Origin: Anaerolineae bacterium
Lineage (GTDB): Bacteria > Chloroflexota > Anaerolineae > Epilineales > JAHCIE01
Length of the DNA stretch: 64,000 nucleotides
Direction: 5' to 3'
Assembly (NCBI GenBank): GCA_034431435.1
Contig: DAOUDG010000031.1
Span: forward strand, 3,905 to 67,904
The notes under the pieces are model-generated. The model had not been told where the DNA came from and ran no database searches. It saw only the letters and a program-made list of their open reading frames with translations. The translations under genes were made by a program, and so were the position numbers. This document shows positions 21,560 through 32,335 of this stretch, piece by piece. Position 1 is the stretch's first letter; every line of letters begins with the position of its first letter.

Positions 21560-23094
21560 AGGAGCCGCCTATGGGGGATGTGCTGGTTTCGATGGTCGGC
21601 ATCGACAAGAGCTTTCCGGGTGTCCACGCCCTGAATCAGTGCCAGTTCGAGATGCGCTCCGGCGAGGTTCACGCTCTCGTGGGCGAGAACGGCGCGGGCA
21701 AGTCGACACTGATGAAGATTCTGGCCGGCATCTATCGCAAGGATGCCGGGACCATCCTCTACAAGGGCAAGGAGGTGGACATCGCCTCGCCCCGTGCCGC
21801 CCAAGACCTGGGCATCAGCATGATTCACCAGGAACTCAACCTGATGAACCATCTGACGGTGGCCCAGAATATCTTTATCGGCCGCGAGCCGCGCCGCCTG
21901 GGTCTGCTGGACGACAAGGCCATCAACGCCCAGGCGCAGACCCTCTTCGAGACGATGCGTCTCAACCTGGACCCGCGCGTCAGGGTCGCCGATCTCACCG
22001 TCGCCAAGCAGCAGATGGTGGAAATCGCCAAGGCGCTGTCCTTCAACTCCGATGTGCTCATCATGGACGAGCCGACGGCCGCGCTCACCGATGTCGAGAT
22101 CGACGACCTGTTCCGCATCATCCGCGACCTGCGGGCGCGGGGCGTCGGCATCGTCCACATCTCCCACCGCCTGGAAGAGTTGAAGCAGATCTCCGACCGG
22201 GTCACTGTCATGCGCGATGGGCGCTACATCGACACCGTGCCAACCCAGGCGACGACGACCGACCAGATTATCAGCATGATGGTCGGCCGCACCATCTTCG
22301 AGGCAACGCCGGAGGTCCCCGAGCATCCCAGCGAGGAGATCGTCCTGGAAGCCCGCCACCTCAACCGTGGCCGCGCCCTCAAGGACGTCAGCTTTAGCCT
22401 CAAGAAGGGTGAGATTCTGGGCTTCGCGGGGCTGGTCGGCGCCGGCCGCACCGAGGTCGCCCGCGCCCTGTTCGGGGCGGACCCACTGGACTCGGGCGAG
22501 ATTCTCATCCACGGCCAGCGCGTCAATATCCACAGTCCGCAAGATGCCGTGCGTCACGGTATCGCCTACCTGTCGGAGGACCGCAAGCGTTATGGCCTCG
22601 CGCTCAAGATGGACGTCGAGACCAATGTGGCCCTGGCGACGATGCGCCAGTTCATGCGGCTGTTGGGCGTCATCGATACAGCCAAGACGCGCTCGACGGC
22701 CCAGCACTACGTGGATGCTCTCGCCATCAAGACGCCCAGCATCCAGCAAAAGGTAGCCAACCTGTCAGGCGGCAACCAGCAGAAGGTGATCATCGGCAAG
22801 TGGCTGACCGCCGACACCGAGATTCTAATCTTCGACGAGCCGACGCGCGGCATCGATGTCGGCGCCAAGAGCGAAATCTACCGCCTGCTAAACGACCTGG
22901 CCCAGCAGGGCAAGTCCATCATCATGATCTCGTCGGAGTTGCCTGAGATTCTGCGCATGAGCCACCGCATCATCGTGATGTGCGAGGGACGCATCACCGG
23001 CGAGCTTGCCAGCGCCGAAGCCACCCAAGAGAGCATCATGCGCTTCGCTACCCAGCGCGCCCCCGTCGCGGCCAACGAGCCAGCCACCGCCTAG
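21556..23094 (+). CDS. Sugar ABC transporter ATP-binding protein, CUT2 family (tandem ATPase domains)
   Basis: 512 aa with two Walker A/B sets ([12 protein letters not shown] ... second domain [16 protein letters not shown]); RbsA/MglA/RhaT-like. Confidence 0.9.
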   Translation: MKEPPMGDVLVSMVGIDKSFPGVHALNQCQFEMRSGEVHALVGENGAGKSTLMKILAGIYRKDAGTILYKGKEVDIASPRAAQDLGISMIHQELNLMNHLTVAQNIFIGREPRRLGLLDDKAINAQAQTLFETMRLNLDPRVRVADLTVAKQQMVEIAKALSFNSDVLIMDEPTAALTDVEIDDLFRIIRDLRARGVGIVHISHRLEELKQISDRVTVMRDGRYIDTVPTQATTTDQIISMMVGRTIFEATPEVPEHPSEEIVLEARHLNRGRALKDVSFSLKKGEILGFAGLVGAGRTEVARALFGADPLDSGEILIHGQRVNIHSPQDAVRHGIAYLSEDRKRYGLALKMDVETNVALATMRQFMRLLGVIDTAKTRSTAQHYVDALAIKTPSIQQKVANLSGGNQQKVIIGKWLTADTEILIFDEPTRGIDVGAKSEIYRLLNDLAQQGKSIIMISSELPEILRMSHRIIVMCEGRITGELASAEATQESIMRFATQRAPVAANEPATA

Positions 23095-23117
23095 TAGCCA
23101 AGGGAGACCCACCACCT

Positions 23118-24113
23118 ATGCAAGCTCAAGCGCCCGCCGTTCAATCCAAGTCGCTGTTCCGCTCGGACGCTATGCAACGCCTTCTGGCCTTCGGCGCGCT
23201 CATCGTGCTGTTCATCGTCTTCTCACTGTTGTCGCCCAACTTCCTCCAGTTCGACAACATCGTCGGTATCCTGCTGGCGACCTCGGTCAACGGCATCCTC
23301 GCCCTGGGCGTGACTTTCGTCATCATCAGCGGCGGCATCGACCTGTCGGTGGGCACGGTCATGACGCTATCGGCGGTCATGACCGGCGTCTTCATCACCA
23401 TGTGGGGATTGCCCATCCCCCTAGGCATCCTGGCCGGGCTGGGCACGGGCGCGTTGTGCGGCCTCGTCAACGGTACGGTCATCTCGCGCATGAAGATCCC
23501 GCCCTTCATCGCCACGCTGGGCATGTTCTACATCTCGCGCGGCCTGGCGCTCATCTTCTCCGGGCTGAAGCCCGTCTACTTCAACGACACGCCCATCTTC
23601 CGCGACCTCGCCATGGGTTCGGTGCTGGGTGCGATCGTCCCCGGCTTCGATATCCCCAACGCCGTGCTCATCATGTTCGGCGCGGCCCTGGTCGCTGCGT
23701 TCATCTTGAACCGCACCGTGTTGGGCCGCTACACCTTCGCCATCGGCAGCAATGAGGAAGCCACCCGCCTGTCGGGCGTCAACGTCGCCTTCTGGAAGAC
23801 GTCCATCTACGCCCTGTGTAGCGCGTTCGCGGGCCTGGGCGGCGTCGTCATCGCCTCGCGCCTCAACTCCGCTCAGCCATCCCTCGGCGCGGGCTACGAG
23901 TTGGACGCCATCGCCGCCGCCGTCATCGGCGGCACGTCGCTGAGCGGTGGTGAGGGAACAATCCTGGGTACGGTTATCGGCGCGTTCCTCATCAGCACCC
24001 TCACCAATGGCCTGCGCATCCTGTCGGTGCCCCAGGAATGGCAGATTGTCGTGACAGGCTGTATCCTGATCCTGGCCGTCTTCCTGGACATCCTCCGCCG
24101 CCGGCAGCGCTGA
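23118..24113 (+). CDS. Sugar ABC transporter permease, CUT2 family (RbsC-like)
   Basis: ATG 23118 after AGGGAG. ~10 TM; motif GGIDLSVGTVM. Confidence 0.85.
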   Translation: MQAQAPAVQSKSLFRSDAMQRLLAFGALIVLFIVFSLLSPNFLQFDNIVGILLATSVNGILALGVTFVIISGGIDLSVGTVMTLSAVMTGVFITMWGLPIPLGILAGLGTGALCGLVNGTVISRMKIPPFIATLGMFYISRGLALIFSGLKPVYFNDTPIFRDLAMGSVLGAIVPGFDIPNAVLIMFGAALVAAFILNRTVLGRYTFAIGSNEEATRLSGVNVAFWKTSIYALCSAFAGLGGVVIASRLNSAQPSLGAGYELDAIAAAVIGGTSLSGGEGTILGTVIGAFLISTLTNGLRILSVPQEWQIVVTGCILILAVFLDILRRRQR

Positions 24114-24207
24114 GCCTGGCGGGGCAGCCTTCCCACGTTTGTTAGCTCCATCGTGGAGCTTGACAATGTCCTCACCACTAGAACGAAGAGGAGAAAGGAC
24201 GCTCGGT

Positions 24208-25251
24208 ATGAAATCCCTAAGATTCGTTGTCGTTCTTGCCAGCCTGGTGGCCATCCTGGCCCTACTGGCGGCATGCACGCCAACACAGCAAGCCGCGGTC
24301 GAGAAGGCCGCGCCCACCGTCGCCGCCGCTGCCAAGGCCGCCGCGCCCACTGTGGCCGCCGCCGCTGCCGCCAAGACCGGCGACATGTACATCCCGGTCA
24401 TCTCGAAGGGCTTCCAGCACCAATTCTGGCAGGCGGTGAAGCAAGGCTCGGAGAAGGCGGCTAAGGACCTCGGCGTCCGCATCACCTTCGAAGGCCCAGA
24501 GAACGAGTCCCAGGTCGACAAGCAGATTGAGATGCTCCAGGCGGCCATCGACAAGAAGCCCGCCGCCATCTGCTTCGCCGCGCTGGACTCCAAGGCCGCC
24601 ATCCCGCTGTTGGAGAAGGCCAAGGCCGCCAACATTCCGGTGATCGGCTTCGACTCCGGCGTCGATAGCGACATCGTCAAGACGACGGCCGCCACGGACA
24701 ACATCGCCGCCGCCGCCGCCGCCGCCGACAAGATGGCCGCGCTGATCAATAACGAGGGCGAGATCGCGGTCATCGTCCACGACCAGACCAGCCGCACCGG
24801 CATCGACCGCCGCGACGGCTTCGTCAACCGCATCAAGGAGAAGTACCCCAACATCAAGATCGTCGACATCCAGTACGGCGGCGGCGACCAGCTCAAGTCT
24901 ACCGACCTGGCCAAGGCGATTCTCCAGGCCCGCCCCAACCTCAAGGGCTTCTTTGGCGCGAACGAGGGGTCCATCATCGGTGTCCTCAATGCCGTCAAGG
25001 AACTGAAGAGGGAAGGCAAGGTCGTGGTCATTGGCTACGACTCTGGCAAGCAGCAGATCGACGCCATCAAGGCAGGGACTGAGGCCGGCGCCATCACCCA
25101 GGACCCGATCGGCATCGGCTACAAGTGCGTCGAGGCCGCTGTCAAGGCCGTCAAGGGCGAAACACTGCCCAAGACCATCGACACTGGCTTCCACTGGTAC
25201 GACAAGACCAACGTCGACTCCGACCAGATCAAGCCACTGCTGTACAACTAG
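24208..25251 (+). CDS. Sugar ABC transporter substrate-binding lipoprotein, CUT2 family
   Basis: ATG 24208 after GAGGAGAAAGG. Lipobox LLAAC, Ala/Pro-rich linker, periplasmic-binding-protein type I fold (IGFDSG, VVVIGYDSG). Confidence 0.85.
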   Translation: MKSLRFVVVLASLVAILALLAACTPTQQAAVEKAAPTVAAAAKAAAPTVAAAAAAKTGDMYIPVISKGFQHQFWQAVKQGSEKAAKDLGVRITFEGPENESQVDKQIEMLQAAIDKKPAAICFAALDSKAAIPLLEKAKAANIPVIGFDSGVDSDIVKTTAATDNIAAAAAAADKMAALINNEGEIAVIVHDQTSRTGIDRRDGFVNRIKEKYPNIKIVDIQYGGGDQLKSTDLAKAILQARPNLKGFFGANEGSIIGVLNAVKELKREGKVVVIGYDSGKQQIDAIKAGTEAGAITQDPIGIGYKCVEAAVKAVKGETLPKTIDTGFHWYDKTNVDSDQIKPLLYN

Positions 25252-25338
25252 CGGGCGTCGCCCAGCCCGACAGGCGAAAGAGGGGCTGGCCACTCTGGAC
25301 AGCCTCTCTTCCCTGGCGGGGAGTAAGGAGACTCGCGG

Positions 25339-26172
25339 GTGCGCATCGACTCCCATCAGCATTTCTGGCGCTATAATCGAACCGAATATGACTGGATGCG
25401 TGACGCTCTGGCGAACCTGCAACGCGATTTCCTGCCGCCCGACCTGGCGCCTCTCCTGACCGCCACGGCTCTCGACGGTACGGTTGCTGTACAGGCCAGG
25501 CAAACCCTGGCCGAGACAGAGTGGTTGCTGGACCTATCGGATCGCTTCGACTTCATCAAGGGTGTTGTCGGCTGGGTCGACCTACGCTCGCCCCACGTCG
25601 ACGCGCAACTCGACCAGGTAGCGCGCCACCCCAAGCTGCGAGGAATACGCCACGTCGTCCACGACGAGCCAGACGACCGCTTCATGCTCGGCGCTGATTT
25701 CCTGGCCGGCCTCAACCAGTTGCGGGGCCTGGGACTGACCTACGATCTGCTATTGTTTCCCAGGCATCTGCCCATCGCCGTGGAAGTGGTGCGCCGCTTT
25801 CCCCACCAGCGTTTTGTGTTGGATCACATCGCCAAGCCGCCCATCAAGGACCACCGCATCGGCGCGTGGGAAAATGACTTGCGGGAACTGGCGGGCTTCG
25901 ACAACGTATTCTGCAAGGTGTCAGGCATGGTCACCGAGGCCGACTGGCAGCACTGGCAGCCGAGCGACTTCGAGCCGTACCTGGACATTGTATTCGATGC
26001 CTTTGGCGTCGAGCGGCTGATGTTTGGCTCTGACTGGCCCGTCTGCACGATCGCCGCCGACTATGAGCAGGTCGTTGGCCTGGTGGACAGCTACGTGGCT
26101 CGCCGCGCGCCCCACGCCCGCGATGCAATTTTCGGCGGCACAGCGGCGGCGGTCTATGGGTTGACCGAGTGA
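25339..26172 (+). CDS. Amidohydrolase_2 family metal-dependent hydrolase (L-fucono/L-rhamnono-1,5-lactonase-like)
   Basis: MRIDSHQHFW N-terminus, ...FVLDHIAKP..., ...MFGSDWP... typical of amidohydrolase_2 lactonases. Confidence 0.7.
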   Translation: MRIDSHQHFWRYNRTEYDWMRDALANLQRDFLPPDLAPLLTATALDGTVAVQARQTLAETEWLLDLSDRFDFIKGVVGWVDLRSPHVDAQLDQVARHPKLRGIRHVVHDEPDDRFMLGADFLAGLNQLRGLGLTYDLLLFPRHLPIAVEVVRRFPHQRFVLDHIAKPPIKDHRIGAWENDLRELAGFDNVFCKVSGMVTEADWQHWQPSDFEPYLDIVFDAFGVERLMFGSDWPVCTIAADYEQVVGLVDSYVARRAPHARDAIFGGTAAAVYGLTE

Positions 26173-26179
26173 GGATGCC

Positions 26180-27475
26180 ATGATCTCAATCGGCGTAGGC
26201 GAAGCGAAGCGTTTCCTGAGCGAGGCGGAGATTGAGCGCATCGTGGCCGAAGGGCTGGCCGCTCTGCCTTTGACCGGGCAGCGTGTGCTGGTCCTGATCC
26301 CTGACCATACCCGCACCATGCCGCTGCCCCTGTTCTTCCGCCTGCTGACACGGCATCTGGCGGGGCGAGCCAGCGCCATCGACTTCCTGGTCGCCCTGGG
26401 TACGCATCCGCCCCTGGACGACGCCAGTCTGCTCCGTCTCGTCGGCATCACCGCCGAGGAGAAAGCAACAACCTACCGCAACGTCCACGTCTACAACCAC
26501 GCCTGGGACGACCCCGCCGCGCTGACCACCCTGGGCGTCATCCCGGCCGCCGACATCGCCGCCCTCAGCCAGGGCATGCTCCGCCAGGAGGTGCCGGTAC
26601 GCCTCAACAAGCGGGTTCTCGACTACGACCACATCCTCATCTGCGGCCCGGTCTTTCCCCACGAGGTCGTTGGCTTCTCCGGCGGCAACAAGTACTTCTT
26701 CCCCGGCATTGCCGGGCCTGACATCATCGACTTCACCCACTGGCTCGGCGCGCTCATCACCTCCTACGACATCATTGGGACGCAGGACACCCCTGTGCGG
26801 CGCGTCATCGACCGCGCTGCATCCCTCATCCCCCGCCCGCGCCACGCCCTGTGTAGCGTCGTCAGCCACGACGGCGTGTCGGGCGTATTCTCCGGCACGC
26901 CCGAGGCGGCCTACGCCGCCGCCGCCGACCTGTCCGCCCAGGTCCACATCAAGTGGCTGGACCAGCCCTACCGCACCGTGCTATCCGTGCTGCCCAGCAT
27001 GTACGACGAGCTATGGGTGGGCGGCAAAGGCATGTACAAGCTGGAGCCTGTCGTCGCCGACGGCGGCGAGCTTATCATCTACGCGCCCCATATCAAGGAA
27101 ATCAGCGTGACCCACGGCGCGGCGATCCGAGCCGTCGGCTATCACGTGCGCGACTATTTCGTCAGGCAATGGGACCAGTTCCAGGGTTATCCCTGGGGCG
27201 TGCTGGCCCACTCGACCCACGTGCGCGGTGTAGGCACATACGAAAACGGCATCGAGCGCCCGCGCATCCAGGTCACCCTGGCGACGGGCATCCCCGAGGA
27301 CGAGTGCCGCGCCGTGAACCTGGGCTATCGTGACCCGGCATCTATCGACCCGTCAGCATGGGCAGGCCGCGAGGCTGAGGGCATCCTGGTCGTGCCGCGC
27401 GCGGGCGAGTATCTGTACCGACTCAAGGATAAAACCCATTCGACCGTCCCGTCCGAAATGAGGGTGAACCCATGA
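26180..27475 (+). CDS. LarA-family (DUF2088, lactate-racemase-like) protein
   Basis: 431 aa; [12 protein letters not shown] with the conserved Lys (cofactor-tethering position in LarA) and downstream His. ATGA-coupled to fucI. Confidence 0.65.
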   Translation: MISIGVGEAKRFLSEAEIERIVAEGLAALPLTGQRVLVLIPDHTRTMPLPLFFRLLTRHLAGRASAIDFLVALGTHPPLDDASLLRLVGITAEEKATTYRNVHVYNHAWDDPAALTTLGVIPAADIAALSQGMLRQEVPVRLNKRVLDYDHILICGPVFPHEVVGFSGGNKYFFPGIAGPDIIDFTHWLGALITSYDIIGTQDTPVRRVIDRAASLIPRPRHALCSVVSHDGVSGVFSGTPEAAYAAAADLSAQVHIKWLDQPYRTVLSVLPSMYDELWVGGKGMYKLEPVVADGGELIIYAPHIKEISVTHGAAIRAVGYHVRDYFVRQWDQFQGYPWGVLAHSTHVRGVGTYENGIERPRIQVTLATGIPEDECRAVNLGYRDPASIDPSAWAGREAEGILVVPRAGEYLYRLKDKTHSTVPSEMRVNP

Positions 27476-29283
27476 CCCAGTCTGCCCCTATCCCGACCGC
27501 CTGGAGCATCGGCGGCCTGCCCAAAATTGGCATCCGCCCGGCCATCGACGGGCGACGGCGCGGCGTGCGCGAGTCCCTGGAAGCGCCAACGATGGGGATG
27601 GCCCGCGCTACGGCCGACTTCCTGAGCGCCCACCTGCGCTACCCGACGGGTCAGCCCGTCGAGTGTGTCATCGCCGACTCGTGCATTGGCGGCGTGGCGG
27701 AGGCGGCCCAGTGCGCCGAGAAGTTCGCCCGCGCCGGCGTGGGCCTGACCATTACCGTCACGCCCTGCTGGTGCTACGGCTCCGAGACGATGGACATGGA
27801 CCCACAGATGCCCACGGCGGTGTGGGGCTTCAACGGCACGGAGCGACCCGGTGCGGTCTATCTGGCCGCGGTGCTGGCCGGGCACAACCAGAAGGGGCTG
27901 CCCGCCTTCAGCATCTATGGCCACGACGTGCAGGACCTGGGCGACCCTGGCATTCCTGCCGACGTGCAGGAGAAGCTGCTGCGCTTCGCCCGCGCCGGGC
28001 TGGCCGTGGCGATGATGCGCGGCAAGTCGTACCTGTCCATCGGCGGCACATCGATGGGCATCGCCGGCTCCATCGTCGACCAGCCCTTCTTCGAGACGTA
28101 TCTCGGCATACGCGTCGAGGTCGTCGATATGAGCGAGCTGACGCGCCGCATCGATGAGAACCTCTTCGACGGGGCGGAGTATGAGCGCGCTCTGGCCTGG
28201 ACAAAGCAGAACTGCGCCGAGGGCCGCGAGTACAACCCGCCCGCCAACCAGCGCAGCCGCGAGCAGAAGGACCACGACTGGGAGACCTCGGTCAAGATGA
28301 CCCTCATCGCCCGCGACCTGATGGTCGGCAACCCGCGCCTGGCCGAGATGGGCTTCGGCGAGGAGGCGCTAGGCCGCAATGCTCTGGCAGGAGGCTTCCA
28401 GGGCCAGCGCCAGTGGACCGATCATTTCCCCAACGGCGACTTCATGGAGGCCATCCTAAACTCGTCCTTCGACTGGAACGGCATCCGCGCCCCCTATATC
28501 TTCGCCACCGAGAACGACAGTCTGAACGGCGCGACGATGCTCCTGGGGTATCTGCTGACCAACACGGCCCAGATTTTCGCCGACGTCCGCACCTTCTGGA
28601 GTCCCGAGGCGGTCAAGCGCGTGACTGGCTACACCCTGGATGGCATCGCCGCCCAGGGCATCATCCACCTCATCAACTCTGGCGCGGCTACCCTGGACGC
28701 CTCGGGCGAGCAGGAGCGCGACGGCGCGCCGGTGATGAAGCCCTACTGGGAGATTAGCCAGGCCGAGGCGGAGCGTTGTCTCAAGGCGACCACCTGGTAC
28801 CCGGCCATGACCGAGTACTTCCGGGGCGGCGGCTACTCGTCCCAGTTCCTGACGCGCGGCGAGATGCCAGTGACGATGGCTCGTATCAACATCATCAAGG
28901 GCCTGGGGCCGGTCCTTCAACTGGCCGAGGGCGTGACCGTCGACCTGCCACCCGACGTGCACCACACCATCAACGAGCGCACCAACCCAACGTGGCCGAC
29001 CCACTACTTCGTGCCACGCACCACGGGTGAGGGGCCATTCCGCGACGTGTACTCAGTCATGGCGGCCTGGGGCGCGAACCACGGCGCGATCAGCTACGGC
29101 CACATCGGGGCGGACCTGATCACGCTGGCGTCCATGCTGCGCATCCCGGTGACGATGCACAACGTCCCCAACCCGCGACTGTTCCGCCCCGCGACGTGGA
29201 ACCACTTCGGCGCGCTGGAACCGGTCGGCGCGGACTATCGCGCCTGCGCCACCTTCGGCCCGCTGTACGGCCGGTACGCGTAG
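27472..29283 (+). CDS. fucI: L-fucose isomerase (also D-arabinose isomerase family)
   Basis: 603 aa, collinear with E. coli FucI: [48 protein letters not shown]...[41 protein letters not shown]. Confidence 0.92.
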   Translation: MTQSAPIPTAWSIGGLPKIGIRPAIDGRRRGVRESLEAPTMGMARATADFLSAHLRYPTGQPVECVIADSCIGGVAEAAQCAEKFARAGVGLTITVTPCWCYGSETMDMDPQMPTAVWGFNGTERPGAVYLAAVLAGHNQKGLPAFSIYGHDVQDLGDPGIPADVQEKLLRFARAGLAVAMMRGKSYLSIGGTSMGIAGSIVDQPFFETYLGIRVEVVDMSELTRRIDENLFDGAEYERALAWTKQNCAEGREYNPPANQRSREQKDHDWETSVKMTLIARDLMVGNPRLAEMGFGEEALGRNALAGGFQGQRQWTDHFPNGDFMEAILNSSFDWNGIRAPYIFATENDSLNGATMLLGYLLTNTAQIFADVRTFWSPEAVKRVTGYTLDGIAAQGIIHLINSGAATLDASGEQERDGAPVMKPYWEISQAEAERCLKATTWYPAMTEYFRGGGYSSQFLTRGEMPVTMARINIIKGLGPVLQLAEGVTVDLPPDVHHTINERTNPTWPTHYFVPRTTGEGPFRDVYSVMAAWGANHGAISYGHIGADLITLASMLRIPVTMHNVPNPRLFRPATWNHFGALEPVGADYRACATFGPLYGRYA

Positions 29284-29363
29284 GGGCGTGAGGCGCGAGC
29301 TGCCTCGGCGGCCTCGCGTTTCACATGCTGGCGCGGCGTCCGCATTCCATTCTCGGCGGCCCT

Positions 29364-29396
29364 CTGGAGTGCGGGAGCACGGCCCCCGCACTCCAG
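29364..29396 (+). terminator. GC-rich hairpin (12-bp perfect stem CTGGAGTGCGGG/CCCGCACTCCAG, 9-nt loop) in the fucI-kinase intergenic region; candidate terminator or attenuator without a U-tract
   Basis: Read directly from the sequence. A second imperfect stem sits at ~29290..29317 immediately after the fucI stop, followed by TTT. Confidence 0.3.
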
Positions 29397-29418
29397 GACG
29401 ACGGGCGAGAGAGGCACG

Positions 29419-30909
29419 ATGAGCGAATCGACCGGTACAGCCTACCTGGCCTTTGACCTGGGCGCGGAGAGCGGCCGCGCTGTCCTCGGCTGGCTCGCTG
29501 ACGACGAGTTGCGCCTGGAAGAGGTGCATCGCTTCGCCAACGGCCCGGTGCGTGTAGGCGACAGCCTGCATTGGGACGTTCTGCGCCTGTGGAGCGAGGT
29601 GCAGCGCGGGCTGGCGCTGGCCGCGGCGCGGGCGGGCGACGGGCTGGCGAGCCTGGGTGTCGATACCTGGGGCGTCGACTTCGGCCTGCTGGCCGCCGAC
29701 GACAGCCTGCTTGGCAACCCACACCACTACCGCGACCCGCGTACCGACGGCATGCTGGAGGCCGCCTTCGCGGTGACGCCCCGCGATGAAATCTACCGCC
29801 AGACGGGCATCCAACTCATGCAACTGAACACCCTCTACCAGTTGCTGGCGATGGTCCGCGCCGACTCGCCCGCCCTGGCGAGCGCGCGTCACCTGCTGAT
29901 GATGCCCGACCTGCTCAACTTCTGGCTATCCGGCGTCAAGGCCAACGAGTTCACCGACGCCACCACGACACAATGCTATGACCCGCGGGGCGAAAGGTGG
30001 GCGACGGGGCTTCTGGAACGGCTCGGCATCCCAACCGGCCTGTTTGGCGACATCGTACCGCCGGGCACGGCCCTCGGCCCGCTGCGCCCCAGCGTTGCAG
30101 CCGATGCCCATTGCCCACCCGTACAGGTCATCGCCACGGCCAGCCATGACACCGCCTCGGCCGTGGCCGCCGTGCCCGCGGCGGCCACCGACTACGTGTA
30201 CATCAGCTCCGGCACGTGGTCCCTTATGGGCATCGAGTCGCCCGCGCCAGTCATCAGCGACGCCAGCCTGCGCGCCAACCTCACCAACGAGGGCGGCGTC
30301 GCTGGCACGATTCGCCTGCTCAAGAACATCATGGGCATGTGGCTCGTCCAGGAATGCCGCCGCGCCTGGGCCGCCGAGGGCAAGACCTACACCTACGATG
30401 CCCTGACCGCCCTGGCCGAGGCAGCGCCCGCCTTCGGGCCGCTCATCAACCCGTCCGACGCGCGCTATCTGGCCCCTGGCGAGATGCCCGCCCGCATCCA
30501 GGCCGCATGTCGAGAGAGCGATCAGTCTGTGCCCGACACGCCGGGCGCGCTGGTGCGCTGCGTTCTAGAGAGCCTGGCTCTGGAGTATCGCCGCGTCATC
30601 GACCTTATCGAGACGATCGTTAGCCGCCCCATGACTGCGGTCCACATCGTCGGCGGCGGCTCGCGTAATCGCCTGCTCAACCAGTTGACGGCCAACGCCA
30701 CCGGCCGCCCCGTCATCGCCGGCCCCGTCGAGGCGACGGCGACGGGCAACATCCTGGTACAGGCCATCGCGACTGGACGGCTGGCCTCGCTGCGCGAGGG
30801 CCGCGACCTGCTGCGCCGCATCGTCGAAACCACAACCTACGAGCCGCGGGACGGCGCGGCGTGGGATGCGGTGTATGAGCGCTATCTGGGGCTTGTCAGC
30901 GACCACTGA
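29419..30909 (+). CDS. FGGY-family ketose kinase, rhamnulokinase-like (RhaB-type)
   Basis: 496 aa, collinear with E. coli RhaB: FDLGA.SGR, VDTWGVDF, YRD.RT.G, NTLYQL, SSGTWSLMG, NEGG..G.IR.LKNIMG.WL.QE, IVGGGS.N.LLNQL.A.A.G.PV.AGPVEA...GN. Confidence 0.8.
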   Translation: MSESTGTAYLAFDLGAESGRAVLGWLADDELRLEEVHRFANGPVRVGDSLHWDVLRLWSEVQRGLALAAARAGDGLASLGVDTWGVDFGLLAADDSLLGNPHHYRDPRTDGMLEAAFAVTPRDEIYRQTGIQLMQLNTLYQLLAMVRADSPALASARHLLMMPDLLNFWLSGVKANEFTDATTTQCYDPRGERWATGLLERLGIPTGLFGDIVPPGTALGPLRPSVAADAHCPPVQVIATASHDTASAVAAVPAAATDYVYISSGTWSLMGIESPAPVISDASLRANLTNEGGVAGTIRLLKNIMGMWLVQECRRAWAAEGKTYTYDALTALAEAAPAFGPLINPSDARYLAPGEMPARIQAACRESDQSVPDTPGALVRCVLESLALEYRRVIDLIETIVSRPMTAVHIVGGGSRNRLLNQLTANATGRPVIAGPVEATATGNILVQAIATGRLASLREGRDLLRRIVETTTYEPRDGAAWDAVYERYLGLVSDH

Positions 30910-30988
30910 CCCAGGGCAAGGGGCCAGCGACCAACCGGGACGAGCCTGACTACTCGCCTTTGGTCACTCGCCCGCGAAGGGAGACCGT

Positions 30989-32335
30989 GTGGATAGCGTC
31001 ACTACCGACCTGGAAGCCAAACTCAATGACCTGTCGTTCCAGCAGCGGCTCGAAGCCCTGGCGGAACTGGCGCGGCGGGCCAGGCTGTCCGATACGCCCC
31101 GCCCGGCTGAGACCGAGCGGGTCAACATGCACTGTCACAGCCTCTACTCGTATAACGCCTACGGCTACTCGCCGGCCGCCCTGGCCTGGCTGGCCTATCA
31201 GCGCGGCTGGCGCGCCATTGGCCTGGTCGACTTCGACGTGCTGGACGGCGTGGATGAGTTCCTCGATGCCTGCGACCTGCTCGGCGTGCGTGGCGCGGCC
31301 GCCCTGGAAACGCGCACCTTCCTGCCCCCGTTCGCCGACCGCGAGATCAACTCGCCGGGCGAGCCGGGTGTGTTGTATCACATGGGCCTCGGCTTCAGCA
31401 GCAGCCGGGTCCCCGACGCTGCTGGCAGCGCCCTGGCCGACCTGCGCACCCGCGCCACGCGCCGCAACCGCGACATGATCGCGCGCCTGAACCGCTACCT
31501 CGACCCGGTTACCGTCGACTACGACACCGACGTACTGACCATGACGCCTTCAGGCAATGCGACGGAGCGACACATGCTCGTCGCCTACGTGCGCGCCGCC
31601 GAAGCGCAGACGCCCAACCCGACCGCCTTCTGGGCTGACCGGCTCGACTTACCCGGCGACAAGGTCGCCACGCTGATGGAGAACCCGGCGCAGTTCCAGA
31701 ATACGCTACGCGCCAGGCTGATGAAGCGCGGCGGTGTGGGCTACGAGCAGCCCGGCCCCGACACTTTCCCGCCCTTCGCCGAGGTGCAACGCCTCATCCT
31801 GGCCTGCGGCGCGCTGCCGTGCTACGCCTTCCTCGACGGCACATCCAGCGGCGAGCAGGCGCTGGGCGAGCTGGTGGGGCTGCTGGTGGACCACGGTACG
31901 GTGGCCGTGAACATTATTCCCGATCGTAACTGGAACATCGCCGACGCCGCGACCAAGGCGGTCAAGCTGCAACGCCTGCATGACCTGGCGCGGCTGGCCG
32001 ACGACCTGGCGCTGCCTTTCAACATTGGCACCGAGATGAACAGCCCCGGCCAACGGCTGGTGGACGACCTGGACGCGCCCGAACTGGCGTCGCTACGCCA
32101 GGCCTTCCTCGACGGCGCGTACTTCGTCTACGGCCATACCGTGTTACAACGCGCCCTGGGTCTGGGCTACCAGAGCGACTGGGCGCGGGACTGTCTCCCT
32201 GAGCGACGCGCGCGGAACGCCTTCTACACCCAGGTCGGCCGGGCCGTTCCACCCGGTCGCGCGGGCCTGGCCCAACTCCAGGCATTGGATGCTTCCATGT
32301 CGCCATCAGACCTATTAGCGAGGTTGAGCCTATGA
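30989..32335 (+). CDS. PHP-domain (polymerase/histidinol-phosphatase-like) metal-dependent phosphoesterase family protein, function unknown
   Basis: GTG 30989 after AGGGAG. N-terminal PHP motif VNMHCHSLYS...IGLVDFD; 448 aa with no further family assignment. Confidence 0.5.
   Translation: MDSVTTDLEAKLNDLSFQQRLEALAELARRARLSDTPRPAETERVNMHCHSLYSYNAYGYSPAALAWLAYQRGWRAIGLVDFDVLDGVDEFLDACDLLGVRGAAALETRTFLPPFADREINSPGEPGVLYHMGLGFSSSRVPDAAGSALADLRTRATRRNRDMIARLNRYLDPVTVDYDTDVLTMTPSGNATERHMLVAYVRAAEAQTPNPTAFWADRLDLPGDKVATLMENPAQFQNTLRARLMKRGGVGYEQPGPDTFPPFAEVQRLILACGALPCYAFLDGTSSGEQALGELVGLLVDHGTVAVNIIPDRNWNIADAATKAVKLQRLHDLARLADDLALPFNIGTEMNSPGQRLVDDLDAPELASLRQAFLDGAYFVYGHTVLQRALGLGYQSDWARDCLPERRARNAFYTQVGRAVPPGRAGLAQLQALDASMSPSDLLARLSL

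Noticed and set aside
21328-22749. 473-aa minus-strand ORF and 361-aa plus-strand ORF (21312..22397) overlapping the sugar ABC ATPase gene
   Set aside because: Both lack motifs and are Arg/Pro/Gly-rich, while the in-frame ATPase has two complete Walker A/B sets.
23421-25503. 536-aa and 413-aa minus-strand ORFs across the permease and substrate-binding-protein genes
   Set aside because: Low-complexity antisense translations. The sense genes have a lipobox, TM pattern and CUT2 motifs.
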